Shown here: piece after piece, positions 32,625-45,258 of the stretch
Layout: each line of letters opens with the position of its first letter
Numbering within the stretch: position 1 is the first letter of the stretch
DNA from: Nemertoderma westbladi
Lineage: Eukaryota > Animalia > Xenacoelomorpha
Direction: 5' to 3'
Length of the DNA stretch: 64,000 nucleotides
Assembly: GCA_032718475.1 (NCBI GenBank)
Contig: JAUCBJ010000118.1
Span: 1-64,000, forward strand
Notes under the pieces: model-generated
What the model was told of the DNA's origin: nothing
Seen by the model: only the letters and a program-made list of their open reading frames with translations
Databases searched by the model: none
Made by a program: the position numbers and the translations under genes

Positions 32625-32865
32625 AGAGATTAAATTGTTGCGTGCATCACTATCTAAATCGCTATATCGTCAACACTACTTGGCTAAGTAATTCCATAGT
32701 AACTGTGATATAACGCATTACTGTAGTTCTAGAAGGCCTTGGTTGTACAATACAATTTCACAAGGTTAAACGACACGACAGTGCGAAATCAGATTAGAAC
32801 ATACAGTACTGTATACCACACCTCTATAGCTAAGATTAAAACACACCTTGTCCTACAGTACCTAC

Positions 32866-33300
32866 GGCTGGGCTCTAACTGCTGAGGACACCAAATCTCT
32901 GGATGGCACATTCACAAGAATGCTACGCCGGGTACATTGTGTCAAGTACAATGCACACATCCCCAACCAGACCCTATATAACATTGGAGGTGTCTCATTG
33001 GTTCCCCCAAGCTTGACACTAGAACAAAATCGCCTCCGCTTTGCAGGACATTGCTTTCGCCGTGAGGACCAGCCAGTGCATAATCTTGTACTTTGGCAGC
33101 CTCATGGAGTGAATAAGCATGGTGGACAGCCCATGACTTTCTTGAGACGCATCTTAAAGGACACTGGCCTTAAAGATGCGGATGATCTAGCAAATGTCAT
33201 GGGTGATAGGGAGTTGTGGCGGTGCAATTTTGTTGACAAGCCGGCACAGCATTCTTAAAAATGCAGCTGCAATGCAGCATGCCGATCCTAGTAGTAGTAG
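32866..33300 (+). mobile_element. RTE 3' fragment nested in the P element upstream of the transposase
   Basis: (TAG)n tail; 12-bp TSD TACAGTACCTAC at 32854-32865 and 33301-33312. Confidence 0.93.
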
Positions 33301-33337
33301 TACAGTACCTACAGTACAGTATATAAATTAATAACGA

Positions 33338-36300
33338 ATGCCTCGTGTTTGTTGTGTACCTAATTGTGGGGTGAGGGCCGGGCCTAGTGCTACGGTATAC
33401 TGTATACCCAAGGACACATCAACTAGGGACAAGTGGCTTAAAGCAGTGAGAAAGCCAGGGGTGTTTTCCTGCGACAGTTTTGGTGTCTGTTGCAGACATT
33501 TTTCACAAAGCGACTTCATTGCTAAGCCATTTAAAAGAAAAGAGCTGAGAGATTCCGCTGTGCCATCATTAAATCTACCAGGATCAGAGAAGAGTGAAAC
33601 AACACTTTCTAAACGTGATAACTTCTATGGTAGACGCAAAAAACCAACAAACCGGATAACACTGACAAAGGACTTCGATAGGGACCAAGAGTCAAAATTT
33701 AGAGACTTGGATCAACTGGTGGGTGTGACAGTTACTTACAAAAAGTATTTCAGTACCCATTTTAAGTAAGCTAAGTACGCTAAGGCGAGCCTTAGTGTAC
33801 TGGTATCATTAGGCAACGGTGTCTGTCTGGTTAATTTTTGAGAGCCTTCTGCTCGGCTGCTATTGATGCTTATTCAATTCAATTCAATTCAATTCAATTC
33901 AATTCAATTCAATGTAATCGTTTGTAAGTTGTACCATCTGTCTCGGATCAATGCAACAGTATGCCGCTAGGGGGCGCTAACGATCTGAATGTTTTTCTTA
34001 ATATGGAATTTTAAAAATTTTGGCATGCGTAGTATACTGCTTACTAGTAATCGTTCTTATTCTCCACGGTCTGTCTGCGGGGTGAGCCTGTCTGTCTGTC
34101 TACGCGTTTGAAACCTTGATAGAGTATATATAGAGTATATAGAATATAGACCAATATTTCTCATTTTGCAGACTTGGGATGCTCAAGCTATAAACAAATG
34201 GTTTAGAGAGGATGAAGTGTTTAACAATCGGAATGTAAGCATATTTTGCTATGGCAAAGAAGGAGCTATGTGTATTTCGGAAACATTCCCAGAGGCACCT
34301 GAATGTAGCTACATAATCAATGTATCGCATGATGTCTTTGATGTTTACCGTAATGGGAGTACAATTCCATTATCAAATTTCAGTTTTTTGGATAGAAGGC
34401 TCTGCGGATTTGAAAAAGTCAAATGCAAGAGTGTGTTATACAGACTGATGAATGAAATAAAAAACTACGAAGATCCAAAGTATGATAACGAAATCATCCG
34501 CTTCCTTGTGAGAAACAAGCATCGCCGTCGGGTTTTAAGTTTCGAACCTTCATTGATTAAGAAAGCACTTATGATTAGATATAGAAGTAAGGCAGCCTAC
34601 GAGGAACTCTTGTCTGTCTTTCCTCAGTTCCCTAGTCTATCTGTTTTGGAGAAAATAACTAAAGGATCCATCGATTCATACAAACTTCTCCAGAAAATGA
34701 AGATGGACAAAAACGTTGTTGTGTATTTGGACGAAATTCACTTGCAGAAAGAGGCGGTTTTTGCACAAGGTGGTGTTACAGAATCGGATATAGGATCTTT
34801 GAATAGTTTTATGGTTAGAGGTCTGAGTCATGGGCAACCATTAGTAGTGAAATATGTACCCACTGCAACCGCTATGACAGGACGGGAGATAATTAGTAAC
34901 TTAGAAGAAGTTTGCAGCAACCTAAGATCAGTCCAAACATCGCCACGAGTGGTGACAAGTGATAATTCACCAACAAACGCTAATGCTATATTTAAGCATT
35001 TTGACAATTCAGAAATTTTACAAGGTATCATTCCGCTCTTCGATTATAACCATCTATTAAAGAATACCAGGAATAATTGGTTCAAACTAGGCATCTTTGT
35101 TTTACCACAGTTCAAGTGGCAGTTTAAGAATGATACGATTGAACTTTCACCAGGTAGTGAAGCAAAGGTTAGTGATGTGGCCGAAGTTTATTGTTTGGAC
35201 ACTTCTCATAATACTACCGCTCATTTACGACGAGCACCCAAGCTAACATTCTCGACATTACATGTCCAGAAGAAAAAACAAAACACTCAGCTTATGCTAA
35301 ATCTTTACAGCGATTGTACAGAGAGTGCTCTGAGATATTATATTGACAGAAACAGTCCGACAGCAAATTTTGTGCGATTGATGAGGTTATTTTGGGCATT
35401 TATGAACACCAAAACTAGGAATCCGAAGACATCCACTAAGTATACTGAGACACACCACAAAAACCAGATTGAGAGACGAAGTTTCTTGAAATACTTTGGC
35501 GATTGGGTGGAGGCATGGCGAGATTCGGGAAAGCCAGGTCTATCACCTCAAACCTTTAACGCCCTCCTATTGACTGTGCGCAATACAGAGAAAGTGTTTA
35601 AACTCGTGTTTGAGGAACTGGGATACAGCTTGTTTAACACTCATGTCCTTGGAGACGATGCATTGGAGTTACATTACTCTAAATAGACAAATGTCTGGTG
35701 GCCGGTTTCTAATTGCTCTTCGAGACGCTCTAAACTCCAATAAAATTTTATCAATACGACTAATCATAGATGAAGACCTCGAAGTATCCGACTTTCTGTT
35801 GAAGAAAGATTTCCACAATGAAGCCGCGTTGTTATTCGATGAAGTGTCTGAAATTGTGGATGAAGATGAGTTTCGTTGTCTAACTGTCAATGAAGAATCT
35901 CTAGATATTGTTGAATACATCTCAGGATGGATTGTGAAAACAGTAGGGGTCAACTGCCTACACTGTAATTTAAACGGTACAAATGACATCATTAGCGATT
36001 CTAAAAGAAGTGGGTCTACATCTAATGAGTCATCTCGCCACTTTCTACATGATATAAATCGCGGTGGTTTAACCATTCCACATCAAAATCTTGTCAACTT
36101 CGTTTGTAATTGCCTCGGTAACCTAGAAGTAGCATATAAATTCCTGCAAAAAAATATTAAAGATGACAAATTCATATCAGCCAAAGTTCTCTTTCAGTAC
36201 CTACAAATGCTTCCAGTAGATTCTTTGCATACAAGATCAATAATTTGCGATATTCACTCCAGTCATTCCTCGAAATTTTTACGCAAAATTATCAACGTGT

Positions 36301-36416
36301 TTCTGAAGGCACAGAGAAATCACTTGGCTGAGCTAATAGCTGAGAAAGAAAGCTACAAGACTGGGTTGGACGGTTTTAAGGCGCCTCAGCGAAACAAGGG
36401 AAGGAAATTGATCTGA
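33338..36416 (+). pseudogene. THAP-domain P-type transposase; predicted exons 33338-33718 and 34172-36416 with one frameshift at ~35684
   Basis: THAP MPRVCCVPNC..P..W..VCCRHF..AVP; catalytic YLDE, VTSD, FDYNHLLKNTRNN, DDALE; phase-0 intron CTG|GTGGGT...TTTTGCAG; LELHYSK / RQMSGG split across frames. Confidence 0.9.
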
Positions 36417-36588
36417 AGCGCCGGTTGGAGGAATAAGAAAAATAATGCTGGGTTACAGAGCAGATCAGGCAACTTATTGATGAAACGGAAGCTATAGTGT
36501 ATGTATATTGCTTTAACCTTTGAACAAATTTGGAAGCAATATTTACTGTATTTTCACTCATCGTTGTCTCAAAAAATGAAAAATGTCT

Positions 36589-36602
36589 GTTGCCATGGCA
36601 AC
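36589..36602. promoter_or_regulatory. Perfect palindromic RFX X-box in right TIR
   Basis: GTTGCCATGGCAAC. Confidence 0.55.
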
Positions 36603-37965
36603 GAGATCGATGACCACCAATTTTTTTTTCAAAATTTTTATTCATGCATCGAGTACAATAGATTAAAGCAATAAAAAGAATGACTCGTGAAATCGGACAT
36701 CTATCTGGCTCCGTGTATATTTAGTATTCCATGACATACCCCAGGGGTAACAGACCTATGTACAGTATTCTTACAGACCCAGAAAGATGTCTGGATGAAA
36801 GCTAGTATAACAATAGGTTATAGAAAGTAATTTTAGCTAGTCTTTTCTGTAAGTATACAATAGGTAGTGAGGAATTACTTACAATGTAATTAATGAAGCG
36901 TTCCTTAATGAGTAACAAAAATGTAGAATAATAATGATTATTAATAATCACGAAAAGATAGCAACTAGAAATTAAAAAATTCTAGAAACATAATTAAAGT
37001 AAAGGATAACAATTGCTAAATAGGGGAGAAAATCACATAACTGTAATTTGTAATTTGATTTAGAAAATTGTAGAAATTAGACGAGAAAATAGAGTGTAGT
37101 CCATCTCAGATCTGATTGAAACTTAAATTAGTTATCTGTTCATCCAGCTGACTGGATGGCAGAGAAAAGCGTGAAAAAGCGGAAATCGGAAATAGAGAAA
37201 AGGATATGATAATCGATTGGATGAAGAGGAAGCTGGAGGAGAAAACGAGGAATTACTACGAGTGACTTCCTAAGACTGAGAGAGCATACGTGGTTCAAGT
37301 CCAATATTGGGACATGCACGAACGGCAGTTGGTGGGGACATAGGGATGGTGTCACTAGACAATGCGAAAAACGAGTATTTCGGCTCGAATTCCGTATGTG
37401 CCAACATTTTCAGTTTGCTCTAAAATGTGTTTAGTTTACTAGCTACTACTTTTTAATGTTAGTGTGAAGTATTCTAGGATATTTCGAATTATTTTTTTGT
37501 TAAATAATGTTCTAGAACATATAATTTTTTGTTCTAGAAATTTTTTTAAAAATTGTATTTTTTTGTCGTGAAGGGTAAGGAGGGTTCCTTCAGGATTCCG
37601 ACCCACAAGAAGGACTACTCGAAGAAGTAGTGGAAGAAGTTTGTGGACTTTATATATAAAGAGGGCTATATGGTCCTGGACAACGAGGGCACTATTAAGG
37701 ACTACAAGAACTCGAGTAAGGGGTCAGCGTGACCAAGCAAGGCCATTTTGCTACATATGTGGCGTGACACCTAGAAAAGGGATTAACTGGTCATCAGGAA
37801 GATTTTGAGTTATTCATAAAAGTGAATAGAAAATTTATTTACCTTTCGAATGCGCTATAATACTTGCCTTGAATGTTATTTTAATAAGTATTCGAAAAAT
37901 GAAATTGAAGTAGTCGTGTCCATCAAAAATTCATTTACGAGACCCCATTTCCAGAGGTTAAAGTG

Positions 37966-38786
37966 GGTACTAGTGTGTTATAGGTACAACCCCCCCCCCC
38001 CCCTCAAATTTTTTTACAAGCTAGTTTTTGCTATTTTTTTTATGAAATGTTCTAGAACATGAGATACATTAAAAAAAAAATGTTCTAGAACAAATATTTT
38101 TTGTTCTAGAACAAATTTTAAAAAAAGCTTTAAAATTTTATTTTTTGTTAGTTATGTTTTATTTAATGTCGAGGAAATTAAATTTTCTAGAATATTCGAA
38201 ATTCTACAGCTAAGAGTTTCATTGGAAGCTTCTACACAAAGAAAACCCATTTTCTGCTCTGTTGGATTTGATCAGAAAATATTACCCGCTGTCTGCTAAA
38301 TAATAAATATTATACAGTATACGTATTCTAAGCATATCATTAATTTCTGAATATAATGACCTCAATACAGTTAATTTTTTAATTTTAATTAGCTATTAAA
38401 AAAATACTAGCTAACCCCTCCCAAACCCATCTTGCCAGCAACGATTAAAAATTATATGAAACAAATTCTAAATAAAAATAAAAAAATAAAATTTTATATT
38501 TTTTGAACTGTTCTAGAATAAAAACTATTTGTTCTAGAACTTTTTTTTCTAGTTCTGAATAGCTAAAATGTTCTAGAACATTATTAAAAAATAAAAATAG
38601 TACCGGTACATTTATTTTTTAAATTTTTTTTTAATTGTTCTAGAACAAGAAATATTTTTTCTAGAACATATATATATATATATTTTTAATAGCTAACGTG
38701 TTCTAGTACATGTTCATAAAAAGAAATAGCAAAAACTAGCTAGTAAAAAAAATTTAAGGGGGGTGTACCTATAACACACTAGTGCC
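37966..38786. mobile_element. Foldback MITE, possibly Merlin-type
   Basis: Inverted ends GG(T/C)ACTAGTGTGTTATAGGTAC; 8-bp flanks TTAAAGTG / TGAAAGTG; internal TGTTCTAGAACA repeats. Confidence 0.7.
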
Positions 38787-39814
38787 TGAAAGTGAAATCA
38801 CGCAAATTATTCTATAAATTAAGTTGTTTGTTATTTTCTGATGTCAATTCTAAGTGTAGTTAGATTTTTTGGGGTCCTAATTCCACTGGAAATTTTAAAA
38901 AAATTTGTCTGATCGAGAAAATTTTTATATTTTTGGCCAAATTTTGGTACGAAGAGTGCAAGTAGTCGTCGAATGGAGACATCTTTCTGTTCGAGTTGGT
39001 GATGTATGAGAGGAAGGATGGGCCGAAACTAGATCGTCTGCCGGACTCTGTGCAATGACTAGTTAAAAAGGAGACGTCGTGGATGCGTCGAACCTCCTGG
39101 ACATGCAGGTGATCTATATGGCTATGGCGAGGCCAGGAGGGGTTGTGATTGGTGGAGAATATGGGACAGTGCGGTGTCGTGGCCATGGGGCTGATGATGG
39201 GGCTCATGGCTCATAAGCCAATGGAATGGAAGAAGTTCCGGGAAGAATATAGAGCAGAACTAACAGAGTCGCTGAAGTGGGAGGCAAGATCAAGGCGGCA
39301 AGAATTATATATGTGACTTCTGGATGGTGAATATTTGGCTGTACCAAAAGAGGTAAATCCTACAGGAGGATTGGGTGATGATTGGGTTGATAAATGTCGG
39401 GGTTAGTGACCGCTATGGGTCATATGTGACTTCAGAAGTGAAGATTGCCCCCCATCGTTTCTCTGTCCCCCTTCCTCGTGTCACGTACATAGGCCCCCAG
39501 TAGTCACATCCACAGTAGATAAAACAGGGTTCGAATGCGGTTATCCTGTCTAGAGGTAGGGGCGCCTTCAGTTGTTTCATGGCTCTGGGGTGTATTTTTT
39601 TACAGGTTATGCATCTAGATAGGATTTTCTTGACTAGTGCTTGTCCACCTATGATCCAAAAACGCTTCCTAACGCTTGCCGCGGTATGCTCTCGGCCTGC
39701 GTGCAAGTTGTGTCGGTGCAGCTGCGTGATGACCATTATGGCCATAAGACCCTCTGAGTGGAGGATTATCGGCTCCTTCATGTCGCGGTCTACCGGAGCC
39801 TGTACAATTCTACT

Positions 39815-41062
39815 CAGTGGCGTGGTGGGACCCAGTAAGGGGCCCAGGAAATCCCAAAATAAGGGCCCATACATAAATGCTAGATCACCTCGAATTTTGA
39901 CCAACCCCCCCCTTCACAGCCTCATGCACAAAATATTTTCTAGAAAAAGGCTATTATAAATTTTTAAAGAAACATATATAATGGCACAATTAATCATAAT
40001 AATACTGTATAAGTAGTGATAGGGCAGTACACAATATATTTATTTAAACTTTTGACTTTTTACTGCGAAGTTTCGATTTAGTTCTATTTATAGTTGTTGC
40101 AAAGGCTTCAAAATGTAGAGCTTCCTTCGTAAAGTTTTTCAATTATAACAGATGGTTCAAATTCCTTGGTACAACACCTGTTTAAATTCATCAGGAGAAA
40201 TGCCTCCAAATGTTAGTGAGATTGCATGAAACTTGAAATAGAGGTAGAATCACGCAACTCCTGGGTGGATCGTGGGTGAGTCAGACTTTCAACTATTAGA
40301 GTACAAGTGTTTAAAAAAAGGTCGACATTGCACCAGTTACACCATACACCGCAGTTATTCTTCAACCTTATCTGCCTATAATAGTAACAGTCGTTGTCTC
40401 CTCTAAATCCCGTAATAATTAAGGTAATCGCAACATGAAACGGTGAAACGTGTTATAAGTCCTCGGCTTCGCCTCGGACATTATAACAGTCTTTGGACGA
40501 AATAATAGTTACTCGTATAAAATATCCGTACAAAATAACAAATAACAGTTCAATAAAGATAGTTGTAAAGGGAAAAAATTTACTTTTGAACCCAGAAAAC
40601 GTTTATAGGCAATAAAATAAAAATTAACCAAAAGGTAATACAACATTGTTGCGCGGGTGTTGCCTGCATGTATTTTACACGTTTTTGTGTGGTATTGTCA
40701 AATAATTTACAATAGTTTTTGAGTTATTCAAAAAAATCAAGTCTCCCTTACTCTCCCTAGTGAAGGAAAGCTGGAGAAAGGGATTCCAAATATGTAGAAT
40801 TTCGTTGAAAAATGGCCGACATATTCAATAATTAGGGCGTTCAATAATGTTGCATATAGTGTTGAACCTCTACATTCTTAAAGTGAATTAAGCCATGGGA
40901 CTGGGAGGCACAATAAAACACGATAAAGTGAATAAATAATAAATTAAATTAAAAGCACCGTCACTTAGATATACTGAAGTAGAGTTGATGAATCAGGTGG
41001 AGATTCTATTTAATAAATAAACCATATTCTGGAACATTTTGTTAATGTATGAATAGCTACAT

Positions 41063-41128
<66 letters not shown>

Positions 41129-42685
41129 CTTCCTCAGGACATTGACAGTATATTATATTATATTCATCTTTAAAAATAAAACACAAAGCACAAAAATTAC
41201 TGGACAAACATAATTCAACCACCACCAGCTGTCATTACCCATCACCTAGCAACCGTATGAACACAACAGTAGAATATTGCCTACAGGACTGCAATACCAG
41301 TACTGTCTGCAGCTAATACCTGAATACTGCAGTACTGTAATGAACTAGCCCATCACACCGGATTGCTGTCGGCGTTACTGAGGACGATAGACGTTTCCCC
41401 AACATCGCACCTCACCGGTACATAGCTACATAATAGTATGATTAAAGAGTTATTGCATAGTTGCCCATCTACGTATTGATAAACAAAATGTTCCAGAATA
41501 TGGTGTATTTATTAAATATAATAAAATAATCTCACAGAGGTGCAAAACTATGTAACATTTGAACGATCACATCTCGGCTATTGTTCAACGAAATTCAGAT
41601 TGTGTTACATATTTGGAATCCTTGCATGTCCAGCTTTCCATCCGTACAATCATATCTCAATAACGTTAAATAAAAACTTCGGTATAACTGGTGCAATAAC
41701 GACCGAGGCACCTTTCTTAAACGCCTTTAACTAAAAAATGAGAACAAAAATAACAATTCTTACTCACCCACCCAACCCACGAGGGTCAAATTTCATTCAA
41801 ACCCATTCAGATTTATATAAAAACTATTATTTTTTTGGGGGGGGGGGGGGGGGTGTAGCTGAATAACGACACTATATTCCAGGAAATGGTGTACTGTAAT
41901 CAGGTAGGTGTATAACAATGAGTGTAATATGAAGACTGACAGGACATTGGGAATTAACAGTTATTACATACTATCCAATGACTTCTAGACTAACTGACCA
42001 ATCAGACAACATGTTGACCAGCGTTCTCAGATAAGATTACATCATTTTTAATACATTAGAGTACCTACCTACCTACCTCTATTTCATGGGAGATGACTGG
42101 TATATTGAACTCTGCTGGTGGATGGTCAGCTCAGGTGAAACGAATGCATTCCCAACTATATAGTTATGTACATACACAGCACACAGCATTAGAAGGGAAG
42201 AGTAACAACTCAATATTTACAGACAGACTACTGCTAAAGAAAGGCTGGCCATTATTGGGTAATGAATGAGGCAGGGCATAGAACAGGTGTAGTTGGAGTA
42301 TGTCTCCATCGTGAATTCCATCTGGTCTGGCGGGCTGGCACTAAATGTAACTTCAACACAGTTTGCCTTGCTTGACGCCTGGGAGAATTTTTCAATATAG
42401 AATAATACTGGTATGAGCTCCTATCAACGTTTACTACCCCCCCCCCCCCCCATCATCCTCTCTAACCCTCTTAGATTAGTGCTGTGCTTGGTAACTGCGA
42501 CATGGGGCCTTTATAACTATTGTTTTGGTTTCGTTGCTTATATTTTATTGGAAAAATGTAATACCTACTACTATATTTTTTTATAACATCAATATAATTT
42601 TCTACCACTGGGGGGCCCGAGGGGCCCAGATCGTCAAGGGGGCCCGGGAATTTTCCCGAATAGATGTATGGCCACCACGCCACTG
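39815..42685. mobile_element. Non-autonomous hAT element
   Basis: 14-bp TIR CAGTGGCGTGGTGG / CCACCACGCCACTG; 8-bp TSD ATTCTACT at 39807-39814 and 42686-42693; GGGCCC subterminal repeats. Confidence 0.92.
41066..41421 (-). mobile_element. Short poly(A)-tailed retroposed insertion
   Basis: ~62-nt pure T run on the + strand; 13-bp TSD ATAGCTACATAAT at 41053-41065 and 41422-41434. Confidence 0.8.
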
Positions 42686-45258
42686 ATTCTACTCCCCATT
42701 CGTAGTATATGATTTTCATCCAGGAAGGGATTTAGTTTATATAACGGGCTGGATTTAAGTACAGCTGCTCCACCTCGTAGTTTGTTTAACTCAGTAGGAA
42801 ATTCAATTTCCTGTGAATGTTGCAGTAGTTGCCTTTCTGCCAGCAGACGTTCTCTTACGCTTAGTCTACCCTTTCCCCAACTGTTTGGCATTGTTTTCAT
42901 TATGGAGTCTGAGTAATATTGCAGAGGTCTACGGTGAGTTGTTGCGGTTGTCTCGAAATTTACTTCGTGCTCTTGACGTTCTGCTTAACTAACCAGTGCG
43001 ACTTGCTGCATCCATATTTTATATCTAGAATGCCATGCCACACGTTGGATGGCCTTTTCCAGTTTTTCGTTAGAGTTCAAGATTTTTTCCAATAGGTTGT
43101 TTTCAGCTAGCGGTCTCTTCGTTGCTAACATAACATCTACCTTCTGCTTAGACAGTACAGACTCTTCATAGTCTATGAGATCCTGGTAAGACATTTCGTC
43201 CACTCTCCTCTCGTTGTCTCTTAAGCGGTCGTCTGGTTTAAACGCAGTATGGTCCCCAACCGCTTCCGTGAGTGGGTGATCCACGATTGTATCGTTTATT
43301 AGAGGCTGTAGAACCCAAGACATTGGGTCACCAACATTGTTTGTCCCATTTGGATTACGCAGTTCCGTGGCAGCCAGCGGTTCTGGCTCTTTGGTATCTG
43401 CTGCGTGGTCCTGCTCGTGAACTATCGTACCTTCTTTGATCATGACTAACGCACATGCTTTACGTACTTCTTTCTACTTTGTGTTGGTTCTGGGATTCTT
43501 TTTAGTTGTTTTCGGCGAAAATCTGTTCGTGCCTCCACCGCATTGTCTAGTTCAGGTTCATGTATGTATGGTACGTCGTCCCTTGGGTTCATGTCCCCTG
43601 GCAAGGGGTTTTTCTTTAGCTCCATACCTAGCTCTGGCTGCTTCCCCATATACATGAAGTCTGCTGATGGCCATTCTGTCTGACTGGTTAGAAGAAATTG
43701 TGGCCCTTCACTCCATATCTTGAAGCTTTTGATGAACTCTCGCGGGAATGCACCCCTACTTGCCATATCAGCTGGGTTGTCCTTACCCCTAACGTGGTGC
43801 CATTGGTCTGGTCTCGATACGGATGTAATTTCGTGTACTCGGTTCAGTATGAAGGTGGGATACCTCCTTCCCTCGTTTGCTATATAGTTTAAGGTTGTTC
43901 GTGAGTCACTCCAGTAGTGTGCTTGGTTGATTTTAATATCTATTTCCTCCAGGATGGTTCTTGCAAGTTGGATTGCTAAAACGGCAGATTGGAGTTCCTT
44001 CCTTGGTATTGATATAAACTTGTAGTGAGATGTCCGTGTTTTCGAGGCTACAAAGGCAGTCATAGCTGTGCACTCCAGCTCATCAAGTTGCTCAGTCAGC
44101 ACTGGCTCTAATGGTATAGGTTCCTTCATCATCAACTTCCTTAAATACGCTACTGCTCCATAGCCAGTCTCACATGCGTCGCAGAATGTATGCAGCTCTA
44201 TCGAATCTGAGTCATCCCTATCTGGAAAATACGGTCTTGCAAACTTGACTTGATTGACTAGATGCAGGGGTGGCAGGCAGATGATCTGATGCAGGCAGAT
44301 GATCTGCCTGATGCAGGCAGACGCTATGGGTCATATGGGTAAAACTGTGAGGACCTGGCGAATATATCTCCCCGTAGATAATACACCAGGCGAGTAGCGG
44401 CCCACTGGTTGGCTTGGATCTCCAGCCCGACTGCCCGATGTGCCGTGCAGCAGCCTAGAGTCAGCGCAGCGTCACTGGTTCACGCGCACGAATTGTGAGG
44501 CTGGGGATGTGTTTGGTTCAAACTCTTACAGCGGGCTGCTAGGGATCTGGCTATGGGGATAAGGATGTGAAAATTGCAGAGTGGTTCATTGTATAAAAAT
44601 GTATCTATAATATCTTATAAGCAGAATAAGCCTAGACACTAATGTCCCACATTTACATTTACAAACATAACAATATTGAAAATAACAGAAAGGTGACTTA
44701 CCGGCATTTAATAATCTGCACAGCACAATGAAAACCCAGCACAACAGACAAGAGAGACACGGCTTCCAAAGTTTGTAATTTATTAGATTCTCCAAACTGC
44801 TCACGCTGACAAAGAGATAATAGCACCATTGAACAACAGAACTGCATTTGAATATAGTTCGGGCGTGCGTGAGCGCTTGCGTGAGCGCGTGCGGTAACCA
44901 AATTAAGTGACCGCTATGACTGTAGGCCTTAGATGGCCAACGTACTGCACTGCTAAATAGATGACAGCACAAACCGACAAGCTATCTACCTACATACTGA
45001 CAACGTGAATTAATGACACCTGAGAAATAGAGTATACTATACTTATGGGAGCTACTCTGTACAGGGGTCAACCTGTTGTATGAAGTGTAACATTAAACTA
45101 AGTATAAACCCCTGCTATTTGCTCGGCTATTAATTATCGAGTTTGTTAGGCGCCGGAACCAAAGCTAAAGGCTACCTCTAATCAGAGCAAATATAATCGC
45201 ACGATAATATTATGGGCCTAGGATTTCGTTGCTAAGTAGATATCACCAGTAAATATAA

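Larger units (their letters stand above)
32480..36733 (+). mobile_element. P-superfamily (THAP) DNA transposon with 148-bp TIRs and 7-bp TSD
   Basis: TIRs 32480-32627 and 36586-36733 start CATGGAATAC; TSD ACATACC at 32473-32479 and 36734-36740. Confidence 0.96.
39427..44270 (-). mobile_element. Internal BEL/Pao pol fragment (RNase H to integrase zinc finger), split by a hAT insertion
   Basis: LHTFCDA, SIPRKELQSAVLA, YWSDS, WHHVRGKDNPADMASRG, LNPFLDENHILRMGSRI joins VQAP..KEPIIL across the insertion, HAGREH..CITC, GCDYWGP. Confidence 0.9.

Noticed and set aside
33873-33913. (CAATT)n tract in the transposase intron
   Set aside because: Ordinary microsatellite.
41010-41225. Poly-lysine ORF
   Set aside because: Translation of the retroposed poly(A) tail.
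41128-41421. Hammerhead ribozyme/Penelope signature (CTGAGGA near the tail, GAAACGTC near the 5' end on the minus strand)
   Set aside because: Core halves are in the wrong order and I could not form stems I and II.
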